A stretch of DNA of 64,000 nucleotides from NCBI RefSeq assembly GCF_036321535.1, contig NC_087437.1, positions 3,162,001 to 3,226,000 of the forward strand, in the 5' to 3' direction. Numbering within the stretch: the stretch's first letter is position 1; every line of letters begins with the position of its first letter. Both the position numbers and the translations under genes were made by a program. Source of the stretch: Camelus dromedarius. Taxonomy: Eukaryota. Positions 1 to 12,430 of this stretch are shown here, piece after piece. The notes under the pieces were generated by a model. That model was not told where the DNA came from. It ran no database searches and saw only the letters and a list, made by a program, of their open reading frames with translations.

Positions 1-1284
1 GGGAGAGGATTTTATGACCACTCTCAGCCTACTACCCTGAACTTTGTGCTGAAACCCAGTTTACTATGTTCAGGGCAAATCAGGACATGACCAAAAAGCA
101 GCTGACCCTGGTAGGAAAATGATGACTTCCTGTGTATTTCTTTATCCTCACATTCTTCTTAGGATGAAGCTCTACCTTAGGAATGACTACTCACAAAGTT
201 ACCACGTTCTTATTTGTTGATTGGGCCTCAAAACAGTGAAAATGGTTTTGCCAAATTTTAGCTGCCATTTCTGAGAATTACTTTTAAGGATGTGCTCCAA
301 GAACCATTCACGTGGTTCTCATTTCTCACTGTTATGACATTTGGAATAATTCATTACTATGATACCAAAAGCTGCCAGGGAATCTCAAGACAGATCCTTT
401 GTGGTTCCTGGAGCCCCTGGGTCCTTCACAGGATCCTGCTCCAGCAAAATCATTCAACTCACTTCTGTTCCACTGATGGTGAAATTTCAGGTGTCACATC
501 CTGTGGGGAGGAGTGGTCCCTTCAAGACCTTAAGATTCTGTGCTGCTCTGAGGATGGTCAGCCTGTCTTACTTCCTGTGCCCTAATTTCCTGTCCAGTCC
601 AGGCCCCTAGCCAAAGAAACCCTTCACATGTGAGGTACCCTAGAAACTAGAGGAAGGATGTGTTGTCTCCGGTCTCTGGTTTATCTCTCTCTTCTCTAGT
701 TCTGCTCCACAGAAGAAGAGAAGGGAGTGGACACAGCAGATAACTGGGGACATTTTTCTTCTGAAGAGGTCCCTATACTTAATCTGCTTCCACTTAAGCC
801 ACTTGAGACACTCAGACCCAGAGCATGAAAAGACCTGAGCAGACCACAACTTGGTGTTCACCTCAGCAGTCCTGCCCTCTTCCCACCGCCCACCACCCCA
901 CCCCAAATAAAGGGTGAGGCTGGGCACCAGGTCACGTGCATTTGCAGAGGTCTTGGCACCCAGGACCTTTTGACGATGTACTCAAGAGCCCTCAAGGAAG
1001 CTGCTTTCTAAGAGACGGATAGAGCTTTTTTTAAACTTTGAGTTCTGTATTACTTTGTAAGCCACATTTACGTCAAATTCCTATGTTATAGGATAACATG
1101 AAAGATATCAGAGAGTAAGCATGATCTGAATTACTGGGTTTTGATTTTAGCTGGAGCCTTTCAAACCTCTCATGACAGAATACTGAAGACCAGAGGGTTT
1201 GCCCAACTAGTTAGCTGTAAAAGTCAGGTTTTCTGTCTTTAGACTAGTGTTTTTAAATCTCAGCATGTTAAAGATTCTTAGTCC

Positions 1285-1400
1285 ATCCATCCATTCATTC
1301 AGCAAGACCTTGTTGTTTATCCTCTCTGTCGTAGGGGCTAAAAATTCTCCAAAGAATCATGAAATAGTCCTGTATCCAAGTCTCACAGTCTAGTTATAAG
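1285..1400 (-). mobile_element. L2 LINE 3'-end remnant
   Basis: catccatccattcattcagcaag...tctcacagtctagt resembles the reverse complement of the L2 3' tail. Confidence 0.5.
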
Positions 1401-1904
1401 TTCCAGTGTGCCCAGCAGTGCCTCTATTTCTTTCTTCATTTATTAAATAAACGAAGAGAAGAAGCACCTGGCTTGCTACACTTGATATCAGACAGGAAAC
1501 AAAATATAGTTTAGATGTATGATCCTACTTAAAACTCCACAACGCGTGCTTATCTTTACATATTTTGTAGTGTGGCTGATGAAGGCAACTCGGCCTTCGA
1601 GCCTCACCTTTAAGGAAGATGCCTGCAACATGATTTTGCAGCTCCAGTTCTTTTTGCCTTCATCAGAAAGTGCCTCAGGGATGTTCCACACTCACCCTCC
1701 ATCACTGCATTTCAGAAAGGTATTTAATCGTCACGCTATCAGTGGAAATGAAAGTCCTGACCTGCACTCAGAGCACGCAGTGCATTTCCATCCCAACAAC
1801 TGGTGGTGGTGGTGTCGGTATGTATGTGACCGACTCCCAGAGGCTGATTTCTGAGCTGAGGCACCGTCAGACTTGTGACGTGCTGGCAAGGCTGGGGTGG
1901 AAAT

Positions 1905-2090
1905 CCCCAGAGGCTGGTGTTAGAGTCAGATGCAGCTCTGCCAGTTACAGGCTGTGGGATCTTGGGCAGGTTACTCACGTTCCCAAATGTCCTTTCCATG
2001 CCTATAACCCAGCATCCTGCAGGGTTTGATGAGGACTGTATGGTGGTGACGCAAGGCATGGCACGCAGTAAGCTTTCAGTAAGTGTTCAT
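1905..2090 (+). mobile_element. MIR SINE
   Basis: tagagtcaga...gctctgccagttacaggctgtgggatcttgggcaggttactcac follows the MIR core and ends with gcacgcagtaagctttcagtaagtgtt. Confidence 0.7.
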
Positions 2091-3319
2091 TTCCTTCCTC
2101 TTTATCCTGCATTAAAAAACTTAAGATGACATGTGAGTTGCCACTGATTTCTGCCTCCTTGCTGAGAAATGGGGGAATCACTTTGTCCAGTTCTGAATGT
2201 AAATAAGTCAAAGCATATGAAAAAGAAGTACTTCCCAAATGATCTGTTGGGTAGATGGATTTTCCTAGGATTTTAAGAGTGAGGCAGTGACCTGGACCTG
2301 TGTTACGCCGATGTGAGCAAGGTACCTGCTGACTGCACACTGAGTCTGGCAGGCATTTGGTTCCCTGCGCAGGTGGAAAAGCCCGTCAGCTCCCAAGGCA
2401 GACATCACCTGAACAGCAGACACGTGGTCAGACTTCCACCAGACTGTTAAATTAGTGAACCCTGAATTACGTGGGGATATGGGAGTAGGCCGGATGTTTG
2501 AAAAGAATATATTGATTATTTTCTAACCCTTGTTAATTCATTACTCTGGAAAATGATCCGTTTGAGCACAGGCTGCAGTTACAGTCATTGGTCTTTGCTA
2601 GTCTAAGGATCAGGGCAACCAGCATAAAAAACCATAAAAATCCCTTTCTGGGATTTCTTGGCAAATAACTAAATCCCCACTCCTCTAAAGGGACTCTGGT
2701 AGGATTCCTACAGTCATGACCAAATACATTTTGTTATAGCCTAACTGGGGGTTAAAAATCTAAGTAGTTCACTTAGAAAAAAGGACTGATTTATTTCACA
2801 AAAGTGGCTGATACCTCAGCTCCATTGACTTTTACTTTGTTTCGTAAATCCAGTTTCTCTGAATTTACAGAATTTGGGGATTAACTGGCTTCCTCTACGT
2901 CGGTGATTAGGAAGGAGTATTTATAAAATTGTCATTTCTCTAGATTACTGATGTATTTTCCAGTCCTTCTTTCTTCTGGAAATGTTTAACATTACACTTC
3001 TCTTGGTGATGAGGAAATAAGCAATCCCTTGAAGAACTACTCAGGGTCGATTTGTCAGGTTTTCCTATTTTCCAAAGGAGTCTGCCAAGTATAAATGGAA
3101 GGCATAATCGCCCCTGGGGGAGACTTCGGGGTCTGGGAAAGGAATTTCAGACGGCAGAAGAATACAAAGAAAACATCAATTTGCTTTGTGGACCAAAGGC
3201 TGTGTGAACGAATTTGCAGCAGTAGGTACGTGTGGGAATTTGCATTGCAGTGCACAGTGTGCGCCTGTTTCCAGTACAGCCCAGTTTCCTTTTGTGAAAT
3301 GAATCCTCCCCCAGTTCGG

Positions 3320-3652
3320 GAATCTTTGGTGGGAGCCAGATTCCACGTGCCCTCATCTGCAGTGGAAACCAAAGAGCCTGTGCCCTGTCTGTCCCTTTCC
3401 TGGTGCAGCCGTGGGGGAGCCACACAGACCTTCCATCCTGAGAGTGGTGAAGGCTGGAAGGGGTGCCTGGGTGTCTTCATCACAGCGGCTCCACCAGCCC
3501 AGTGGACAGCATCTGTCCAGTCTTCCTAATCACCACTGCCCTGCCAGTTCCACTGCCTCCCTGAACACTTGGTATTCTCCAGCAAATGCTCTTTTGTATA
3601 AATTGGCCAAAGCTGGTTTCTGCTGCTTGCAACCAAGCAACCGTAACTGATC
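3320..3652 (+). mobile_element. MLT1-type (ERVL-MaLR) LTR remnant
   Basis: The 3' end ...aattggccaaagctggtttctgctgcttgcaaccaagcaaccgtaactgat is typical of old MLT1 LTR termini. The 5' boundary is uncertain. Confidence 0.55.
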
Positions 3653-4689
3653 TAGACCTGTGCTCTAAGCGTGTCTCGAAGTACGTTACATTCCCTCAGT
3701 TAATATGCTGGATTATGAGTGGAGAATCCTCCAGCTGAAAGGGGCTCCAGAGGTCCTTAATCCAGCCACCTTCTTCTGCAGGTCCCCGAGGGTGGTGGGG
3801 GTGGTGAGACACGGGCTGATGACCCTTTACAGTGTGGGAACATTGTGGCAGAAAAGGTTAAGTTAGTTGGCAAGATACTCGAGTGACCTTTCTTAGCGAT
3901 TAGGGAGAGGGAAGGCAGCTCGCCTGACACCCCTGTGGTTCGGTGGTTGAAGGGCCGAGCTGAGGGTGGGCAGCACAGCAGTGGTGTAGCAGGAAGTGCC
4001 AGCGAAACCTGTGCAGTGTCGTGTCATTCACCCTCAGCCGCCCGCCAGAACCCACTGTTCCTGTCGCTCTCTGCACCTGTTCTTCAGCTGTCAGGTGAAG
4101 ATGGATGTTGCCTCACAGAGCTGTTGAGACATTTAGATGAGACGAGTGTGGGCCTCAGAGCCCCTGAGCCCAGGAGCTAACAAAGTACTGAAGTTCTCTT
4201 TAAGAACAGAGAAGAGAAATTGATTGGAAGTCAATCACAGGGTCTTTCTGGACACCAGGATCTCTGTTAGTGAAGGTGTTTGTAAGGGTTATGTAAGCAA
4301 AGGAAGTGAAGCATGACTTCCATAGCGTGTGCTGGGTGTGGCGATGTGGTGCCCGGGTCCCCATGGAGGGGTTTGTTGCCCAGCTGCTGAGGATGCTGCC
4401 AGCCCCTGGTGGGGGAGGGGGTTGACTCCCAGCAGGGAAGCCCCTCACCCACGATCATGTCCTATCCTGCGCTGCCACATCTACTGACTGCCCGATGGGG
4501 GTGGGATCAATGTCCCAGTGTCTCAGCCACTGTCCACCACATAAGCCCCAGCACTCCCACGAGGTCGGCCACGTCTGTTGTTGGGGTTGATCGCAGTGTC
4601 TCCTTCTGCCCAGTGTTGCCCCTCTGCAGATGTTGGCCCCAAGGGCATCCCTTGACACACACACCAAACTAATCTCAGAGCCTGCTTCC

Positions 4690-4870
4690 CAAGGAACCAG
4701 GAACGGGGCGTTGTACCTTGGCTGCTTTCAGGAACCCTTACGAAACCGCTCTGATTTCCCCACTGTGACAGACAAAGGAATTGAAGCTCAGTCAAGTCAG
4801 CACCTTGTCTCAGGAAATACATTACCTGGCAAAGATGAGATCCAAATCTAGTTCATTCTGATTGCAAGGA
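4690..4870 (-). mobile_element. MIR SINE
   Basis: ccccactgtgacagacaaaggaattgaagctcag...gagatccaaatctagttcattctgattgc matches the reverse-complement MIR core. Confidence 0.6.
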
Positions 4871-5307
4871 CTGCCTTTGGGGAAATTGTTAATGCATCTC
4901 TTCTTGGCCTGAAAGAACAGTTTTCTGTCCTAGAGTGAGCAGCTGGGCTCAGTGCCCCGGCAGGGTCAGAATCTCTCTGTCCACATGACTGTTTGGGTTG
5001 GTGCTGATGAGATTCTGTTTTCTTTCGTCTTTGTTCATTTGCATCCTTCTTTACTCCCTGAGTTAATGGCTATTGTTTTAGCCTGAAAATAGCAAGTGTC
5101 GGCTTCTACACATTTTCAAAAATTTCAATGTAATCATTTAAAACTAGGCTCTGAAATTTTGTTTTCTCTCTGTTGGCAACCACAGTTGCTATGGAGTTCA
5201 AGTAATAGATTTGATGTTTAACGCTGAATTAATTACTACTTCTCACTCCCAGGGAACATCTAATTATACATATTCATGCCAAGCAGGATTTGGCTTTCTT
5301 TAGGAAA

Positions 5308-5358
5308 GTGTGTGTGCACGTGTGCACGCACACGTGTGTGTGCGCGTGTGCGTGTGCA
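5308..5358. repeat. Alternating purine/pyrimidine (GT/GC/CA) tract, Z-DNA-forming candidate
   Basis: 51 bp of strictly alternating R/Y bases with no AT/TA steps, read directly from the sequence. Confidence 0.85.
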
Positions 5359-5654
5359 ATGTGTGTTTGTGTCCTTCACTCTGCAGGGCACACAGGGAGG
5401 GTCTTGATTTGTGGTCTTCTAGAAGACTTCTCTTCGTTGTTAGTTTCAGGTTTCCTACTAAATCTGGCTTATACTGAGGTCATATTTCTCTCCTACACAC
5501 CTGAATGGCTTTCCCTACATGCTAATGGTGACCTTTTTCTTTTATTTTGAACATGATGGTGAGGGAAAGCATGAAGATTTCCCCTCGTTTCCTCCTTTGG
5601 TCTTGTTCTCTTGGACACATGTCTCCAAGGAAGTGGTGAAACACTCCTGGAGAC

Positions 5655-5840
5655 AGCGTGTATCTGTTAGGATCAGGTATACCTCAGTCTGAATCCTGGT
5701 TCTGCTACTTAATTAACTTGGAGCAAGTCATGTCAGGACTGAACTCCAATTCCTGAATCACGAACATGGGGATGATTTTATCTCCCACTTGGAGCTGTTG
5801 CAGGGATTGAGTTAGGTTTGAAACAAGCAGCACGGTACCT
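5655..5840 (+). mobile_element. MIR SINE
   Basis: tctgaatcctggttctgctacttaattaacttggagcaagtca...atggggatgatttta...gttgcagggattgag matches the MIR core. Confidence 0.65.
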
Positions 5841-5884
5841 CTCAGACTTCTGCACGAGAGATGGAGACGGCGTTACGGTGCAGG

Positions 5885-5990
5885 GTCTGAGTCACAGGTT
5901 AGGCATCGGGCCGAGGGTCTGCCTCTCTAGCCCACCCCCATTTGATGCTGATACAGCTGGTTTGTGGACCACACTTTGAGCTGCAAAAGA
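5885..5990. mobile_element. MER5A-like hAT MITE fragment
   Basis: ...ttgatgctgatacagctggtttgtggaccacactttgag resembles the MER5A terminal region. Confidence 0.55.
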
Positions 5991-7049
5991 CTTAAGACAG
6001 TGTCTCACACATAGCATGAGGTCACTGCCTTTGTAGCTCCTAGTACAAACTCTTAACTTGTTACCCTACAGCTCTTGGTCAGATGAGCCCCAGATTCACA
6101 CCTGCTGGCCACATGGGGAAACAGAGGCAGGGCAGGCAGACCGTACGTGGTCCACAGGAGGTCCCCATGGTGTCTCTGCCCTGGGGCCGCCTTCCCCCGT
6201 GAAGCTTCTGCTTTCCCCTCGTGTGGGGGGTCACAGCTCCCTCTGCTACTGATGGGAGATACCCAGGCCCATGGAGAGGAAAAAACACAAATCCTGTGAC
6301 ATTTGTATACACTCAGCTAATACAGCAGTTTTGTGTTTGGCTGAAAAGAAACCAGCTTCTTGACACTGACAGTAAGATGCTGAGAGATTTACTTCTTTTG
6401 ATTGGCTCATCAAGTGATTATTTTTTTAAAATTGGACTTGGGGTGTTCATTTGGAAACGGAGTTGTGTGACCCAAAGGCTTAGGGGAGCTGAGTGGTCTT
6501 CACTGTGTGACACAGCACCGTCCACGCTGACTTGAAAGCGGCCCCTTGTGAAAGGCCCGGGGGTTCTTGCACAACAGAGGTGGGCAGCCTTTCAGATGGA
6601 GATGGGCAGCATTTCTCTTATTGATTCTCCTCATTTAGGGGTGACAGTATCGGCTGCTTCTTTGAGAAGGCTGAGAAAGGACTTCTCTGCCTTCCCTTGT
6701 CAGCAGCTCAAGGAAGTTCTTCTCCCTTTAGCTTCTGCCGTGAGCATCACGCACCTAATCTCGAGTCTGTGGGGCTCCTTGGCTTCCTGGCTGGAACCTG
6801 TGTGTTCTCTGTCCTGCCCTTTTCAATCATTTATCCCTTGCTGGCCTTTGCTGCTCTATCCGTTAGGATTGTGGACCAGGACTGAAAAATACCTGCCACT
6901 TTTTTCTTGGCCGATGACCTTGCAGGCCCCAGGCTCCCCCTCCATGCCTCCATATGACCTGATAGAATGACAGTGATGCCACAGTCCTCCAGTGGCTGCC
7001 TGGGCCCAATGTGGTTTAATTCTCCCATGACCTCTCTGACCACCCTCAC

Positions 7050-7640
7050 TTATCCCACTCCAGCCTCGGTGGCCTCCAGGTGCTCCTGGACAATGCAAGG
7101 TGTCCCAGCATCAGGACCTGTGCTGTTGCCATCCCCTTTGCCTGGAACTCTTTTCCCTTTCGAGCAGCCAGTTGCCCCATCCTCCTACAAGTCTCATCTT
7201 CTCCATGAATGTTGCCCCACTACCCCTTTAAAATTACTGACTGCAAGACTCATACACATAGAATACAAACTTGTGGTTGCCAGGAGGGAGTGGGGTGGGA
7301 AGGGACAGACTGAGATTTCGAGATTTGTAGATACTGACAGGTATATATAGAATAGATAAACAAGTTTATACTGTATAGCACAGAGAAATATATTCAAGAT
7401 CTTGTAGCAGCTCACGGTGAAAAAGAATATGAAAATGAATATGTGTATTTTCATGTATGACTGAAAAATTGTGCTGTACACCAGGAATTGACACAACATT
7501 GTAAACTGACTATAACTCAATTAAAAAATAAATAAATAAAATAAAATGACAAACTGCAAATCATGCCCCCCCACAGCCCCCTATTCCTCGTCCCCCTCAC
7601 CCTGCTTCATTTTTTTCTTTTTTCTATAGAGATTATAACC
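7050..7640 (+). mobile_element. L2 remnant interrupted by an L1 3' fragment
   Basis: tcaggacctgtgctgttgccatcccctttgcctggaactcttttccc is an L2 motif, and L2-like sequence resumes after ~7560. Confidence 0.55.
7245..7545 (+). mobile_element. L1 3' UTR fragment, 5'-truncated, camelid-type
   Basis: agactcatacacatagaatacaaacttgtggttgcc...gtaaactgactataactcaattaaaaaataaataaataaa, with an A-rich tail and a degenerate TSD (aaaattactgactgcaa / aaaatgacaaactgcaa). Confidence 0.9.
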
Positions 7641-8004
7641 TTCTGTTTCTGTGCAGTGAATGACAGTTCCAGGAGAAAGCACTGCTCACTTCCTCACCCA
7701 CCTCTCTCAACATTATTGATTTGGATCGAAAATTCCCTTTCCTTCCATCGGGCAAATCTAGGTTTTCAGAAGCAGCAGAAATAGATTCTCCTAAAGAAAA
7801 GTTCAGGCTGTGTGTAGCTTGGTTTTGGCAGTGGCCACACAGGTGTACACCTTTGTCAAAACTCATCAGTTTATCGTATATGAATTATTCCCCAGTAACC
7901 CTGATTTGAAAAAAAAGAGTGTAACTGCATCCTGGGGCATGGGTGGATTTGAGGAGGGCTGATATTGCAAGGGAGAGGTAGGAGTCGGCATTTAGGACAG
8001 TAAC

Positions 8005-8211
8005 TTTTATTCTTTTATTGAAGTCTAGTCAGTTTACAATGCTGTGTCAGTTTCTGGTGTACAGTGTAATGCTTCAGTCATACATGAACATACATATATT
8101 CCTTTTCATTGTAGGTTACTACAAGTTATTGAATGTAGTTGCCTGTGCTGTACAGTAGAAACTTGTTTACCTATTTTATATACAGTAGTATCTGCAAATC
8201 TCATACTCCCA
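8005..8211 (-). mobile_element. L1 3' UTR fragment with target-site duplication
   Basis: ttttattgaagtctagtcagtttacaat... is a reversed L1 3' end. It is flanked by atttaggacagtaacttt (7990-8007) and atttaggatggtaaattt (8212-8229). Confidence 0.9.
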
Positions 8212-9145
8212 ATTTAGGATGGTAAATTTCATCCCCGGACATCTGTGGACAGAGAAATCTGTACCAGCTTATATCATGCAAATCACTCCCTCTGGTTTTG
8301 GATGAGGCGACCAAATGCCTCAGCGTTAACACATCTGCGTTGTCCTCTTATTTGCAGAGTGACTCATAGAAACCTCAAAATTAGAAATTTTCAGGTCAGT
8401 TTGGTTTTGTTTTTCTGATGCGAGTTGATCCCTGTCTTACTCCTATAAATGTGTATGGGTTAGAATCTCTTCACTATGAGAATGTGCAGTTTTCATCTGG
8501 ACAAAATACAAGACCCCTCATCTCTCCCATTTAAGAAAATATAAATGATCAAACTCTTCTCATGTTAATACAGGAAACAGCTAATAGGAAAGCAGCTGGC
8601 AGACTCCCCAGGCGTACACACTCTGGTAGCTGAAGGTGTCCACACCCCCTCCCACCCCAACTTCAGTTTTAAACTTTTCAAAATGAGGCAGGCAACTCTC
8701 TGACGTGAGGGTGCGAGGAGGTAAAGGGAAGACGTAAATCGAAATTCTGCCACCTCTGAAACACCCACGTGGCAGCATGGAAGGTTCGAGAAAACCTGTC
8801 AGTTCCTGAGTGTCAGTGTTAGTCCTGGACATATTAAAACCTGTGGTCCTCAACTTGGAGAAGTATTAAAATGCTTATAGAGGTACCTTAGGTGACTATA
8901 ATGAAAGTGGATGTTAGGACTTTTTTCCAAACACGCTCCAAGTACTGTATAGGCAGGTTCTGGAATCTTCCCACACTGGAGTGGAGGGAAGGCTCTCTGC
9001 AAAGTGCTCCTTGGTTTGCTTTTTTAAATGAAATGTGATATTTATGATAAGTAATATTCTTAAATTTAATATTTCAGTGTTCAAAACCACATCAATTATA
9101 ATCATCTCACATTCTTGCTAATGCTATTATATCTCCTGTTAATTC

Positions 9146-10043
9146 TTTTTTTTTTCTATTTTTTTAAATTGAAGTATAGTCGGTTTACAATGTTGTGTTA
9201 ATCTCTGGTATGCAGCATAGTGATTCAATTATATGTATGTGTATTCCTTTTCACATTTGTTTTCATTATAAGCTATTACAAGGTATTGAATATAGTTCCC
9301 TGTGCTGTACAGTAAGACCTTGTTTATCTATTTTATATATATTAGTTCATATCTGCAAATCTCGAACTCCCAATGTTCCCTCCCTCTCCCCTTTCCCCTG
9401 TGGTAAGCACAAGTTTGTTTTCTATGTCTGTGAGTCTGTTTCTGTTTTGTAAATAAGTTCATCTCATTTTTTTAGATTCCACATATGAGTAATATCATAT
9501 GGTATTTTTCTGTCTCTTTCTGGCTTACTTCACTTAGAATGACATTCTCCAGGTCCATTTATGTTGCTGCAAATGGCATTGTTTTATTCTTTCTTATGGC
9601 TGAGTAGTACTCCATTGTATAAATATACCACAACTTCTTTATCCAGTCATCTGTCAATGGACATTTAGGTTATTTCTGTGTCTTGGTTATTGTATGTAGT
9701 GCTGCTATGAACACTGGGGGGGCATGTATCTTTTCAAATTAGAGTTCCCTCTGGATATATACCTCTTAGATAAAATGGAGTGGGGTTACTGAATCATATG
9801 GTAAGTCTATTTTTAGTCTTTCGAGGAACCTCCATAGTGGCTGCACCAAATTACATTCCCACCGGCAGTGTGAGCCAGTTCCCTTTTCTCCACACCTTTC
9901 CAGCATTTATCATTTGTGGATTTTTGAAAGATAGCCATGCTGACTGGTGTGAGTTGATACCTCATTGCAGTGTTGATTTGCTTTTCTCTAATAGTGATAT
10001 TGAACATTTTTTCACATGCCTATTGGCCATTTGTATGTCTGCT
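9146..10043 (-). mobile_element. L1 3' fragment (ORF2 C-terminus and 3' UTR)
   Basis: Poly-T followed by aattgaagtatagtcggtttacaatg. The minus-strand ORF reads [29 protein letters not shown], which is the L1 ORF2 C-terminal region. Confidence 0.95.
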
Positions 10044-10659
10044 TTACTTTTAAACTTGCTCTGAACTCTCAGAAGTGTTATCAAGGCTACATATCTACTT
10101 CTCTCCAGGCCCCCTAGTTGGAATCTGGTTGGTGGTGTTAAATCTCCAGCATGAGTAGGGGAGGTCAGTTTCCCCCGGGGTCCTTCATCTCCATCCCTGG
10201 GGAGCTCCATCCTCACCCAGTTCTTATCCATTGGATGTGCTTTTTTGCTATCTTCTCAAGTAAAAAGTATTCATAAACGCTGTCTCTTTTACTTTATTCA
10301 TACTGTTCATGTTGCCTAATTTCACGATCCCAGAGTCTGCTTCGTTGTGTCTCTCTAGAATGTCAGTGATACTTTCTGATTCTCATGCTAAGCGATGCTC
10401 CCTTCTGATCCTTTACATCTTGCGGGTATTTTTAGATTGCTGCCTTGGCCACCGCGACCACCCACTGTTGTTCCCCACCGAGTCTGCTCAGCCAAACTAT
10501 ACATATTTAATTCTTCGCATCTTCCTTTCTCCACCAGCCCCACTGGTCTCTTAAAATTGTTTTGCTCTTTTTTAGACCTCCTCCTGACTGTTGATGCCCT
10601 GTGACCCTGCAGTCTGTGTCCTCCTAGTGTCCTATCTCAGTGTCTCCTGCCTCTGTTAA

Positions 10660-11030
10660 AATAAATAGTGGAAATGCTTTTCCAGTTCTCTGCCTTCTGA
10701 GCACACAGTAGGCTTGCACTTCCTGGGCCCTTATCGTTCGTAGGAACTTGTGACCCATTCTCACAAGTGAATTAATGTGTCATGAGACACTCAAGAGACC
10801 AGTGAGACCCTCCACAGTGCTGTTGTCTCTCAGGAACAGTGACTGCCAATGTTCAAGACCGTGGCTGCTCTGTTAGCCTGATTCCTTGAGTTTCTACAGT
10901 GAGCTGAGACTCCTCTGCCGAGCTATGATGTCCACGCAGCAAGAACAAAGAATGTGGTATCGTTGTTTTAAGCCTCTGAGATTGGAGAGCTGTTTACCAC
11001 TAGGATAACCTAGATCATGCTCACTGACCA
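10660..11030 (+). mobile_element. MLT1-type (ERVL-MaLR) LTR
   Basis: tgcacttcctgggccc...ggctgctctgttagcctg...gttgttttaagcctctgagattggagagctgtttaccactaggataacctag is a typical MLT1I/J-like body and end. Confidence 0.7.
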
Positions 11031-11901
11031 AGTCTAATAGATGCCTTCAGCTGCCCCAGGTATGGAGGTGTCTGTTACAATTCAGTTTCAAGTGTGTGAG
11101 CACGGCAGATCTCTGTTGGATACAATGCCATATACAGTTGAGGCCTTCGCCTAGACCCTTGCCAGACATTAATCAGGTCCAGAGAGAAGACAGAATTGGA
11201 ATGTCTCGCCAAAGACTCAAGATGCAGAAAAATTAAGTATCCCCCAAATCTCCAACACAAGAATTTCAAAGCCATGTCAGGTGTAATTAAGCACATTACA
11301 CTGGATTCAGATACTGTGACAGCAACAAGAATAAATATGTGATCTAGGAGGGATGTTTCCTCCTAGAACCCACTGCTTCATAGCATGCAGATCACGTCCT
11401 CTTCAGTTGACTGCGATGTGTTATTTCTTTTTAAGAACAGAATCAGTGAGCTTCTTTTTTCCCTGGAGAAATAGGTCAATGTATTTCTTTCAGACTTAGG
11501 TAAAATGGAATATTTTGGATAATCTACTAAACCACTTTTAAAGGACTATAATTAATTTCATATCACCTTGGTTCACACTTTAAATTTATATATGCATGTG
11601 TATGTATACATTATTTGTATATATATACACACAGACATATATGTAAATTAAAACAACAGGAGTGGGTTTTTAATATTCTTAAGCTTCTGCTCTACAACAG
11701 CTACTCTCATTTCTGTTTCTTTTTAATCTTTGTCAATATGGAAACACATTTCATGTGCTTGAATTTATGTTACACATGAAATATTTGTTCTCTGTATTTC
11801 TCACCTGTCATCATTTCGTGGAATCTTTTCTCTCTTTCTACGCAGTCTTCACTGATTTTCTCCCATTTTCAATGAAATAACCTTCATTAGATTGAAATTC
11901 C

Positions 11902-11955
11902 ATTGGGTTAAATACTGTGAAATTGCCATTTATAGGTCAAAAATAGTTGAATAGA
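11902..11955. mobile_element. MADE2-like (mariner MITE) partial copy
   Basis: ttgggttaaatactgtgaaattgccatttataggtcaaaaatagttgaata resembles the recalled MADE2 consensus ttaggttgaaccatatgaaattgccatttttgtaggtcaaaaatggtcgaata. Confidence 0.55.
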
Positions 11956-12239
11956 CTATTGAATCAACAGAGTTTTCTGAACTACTTTTCTTCAGTGGTT
12001 GAACTTGTTGATTGTTTCTAGGTTTGAATTTCAGAATAAATCTGCTTTTGATATCTTCATGCATTTATTTAAAACATCTGTTTTCTTAGTGCCTATTCCC
12101 AGGTGTGGGATCACTGCCTGAAATCTTTATTCTTTCTTTATTTCTCTCTGGTGACTCCTATGTGTACTTTGAGATCCAACTCATATGGTCCCCTATTTGG
12201 GAAGACACCCAGTGGTCTCCCAGACCCCTCCTGAAGCAC

Positions 12240-12430
12240 TGTGCATATTTGGAAGCACTAACAGTTCTGTAGATCTTGGAATGTTTAGTCTGCCAGGCTG
12301 CTTCCCGGGCCTCTGAGGTTCTGCAGGGCAGGGGCTGGGTCCTGTTGTCCTGCACCACATCACCAGTGTTGTCACCAGTGCTTGGGACACAGTAAGTGCT
12401 CAACATACATTTGTGGGTGGAAGGAATAAA
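12240..12430 (+). mobile_element. L2 3' tail
   Basis: cagtgcttgggacacagtaagtgctcaacatacatttgtgggtggaaggaat matches the L2 3' terminus. Confidence 0.7.

Noticed and set aside
3055..3529. Overlapping 142-144-aa ORFs on both strands
   Set aside because: I recognise no homology, they partly overlap an MLT1 remnant, and ORFs of this length are expected by chance in 64 kb.
6548..7350. 140-aa and 127-aa plus-strand ORFs
   Set aside because: They have no recognisable domain, and the second runs through L2 and L1 3' UTR sequence.
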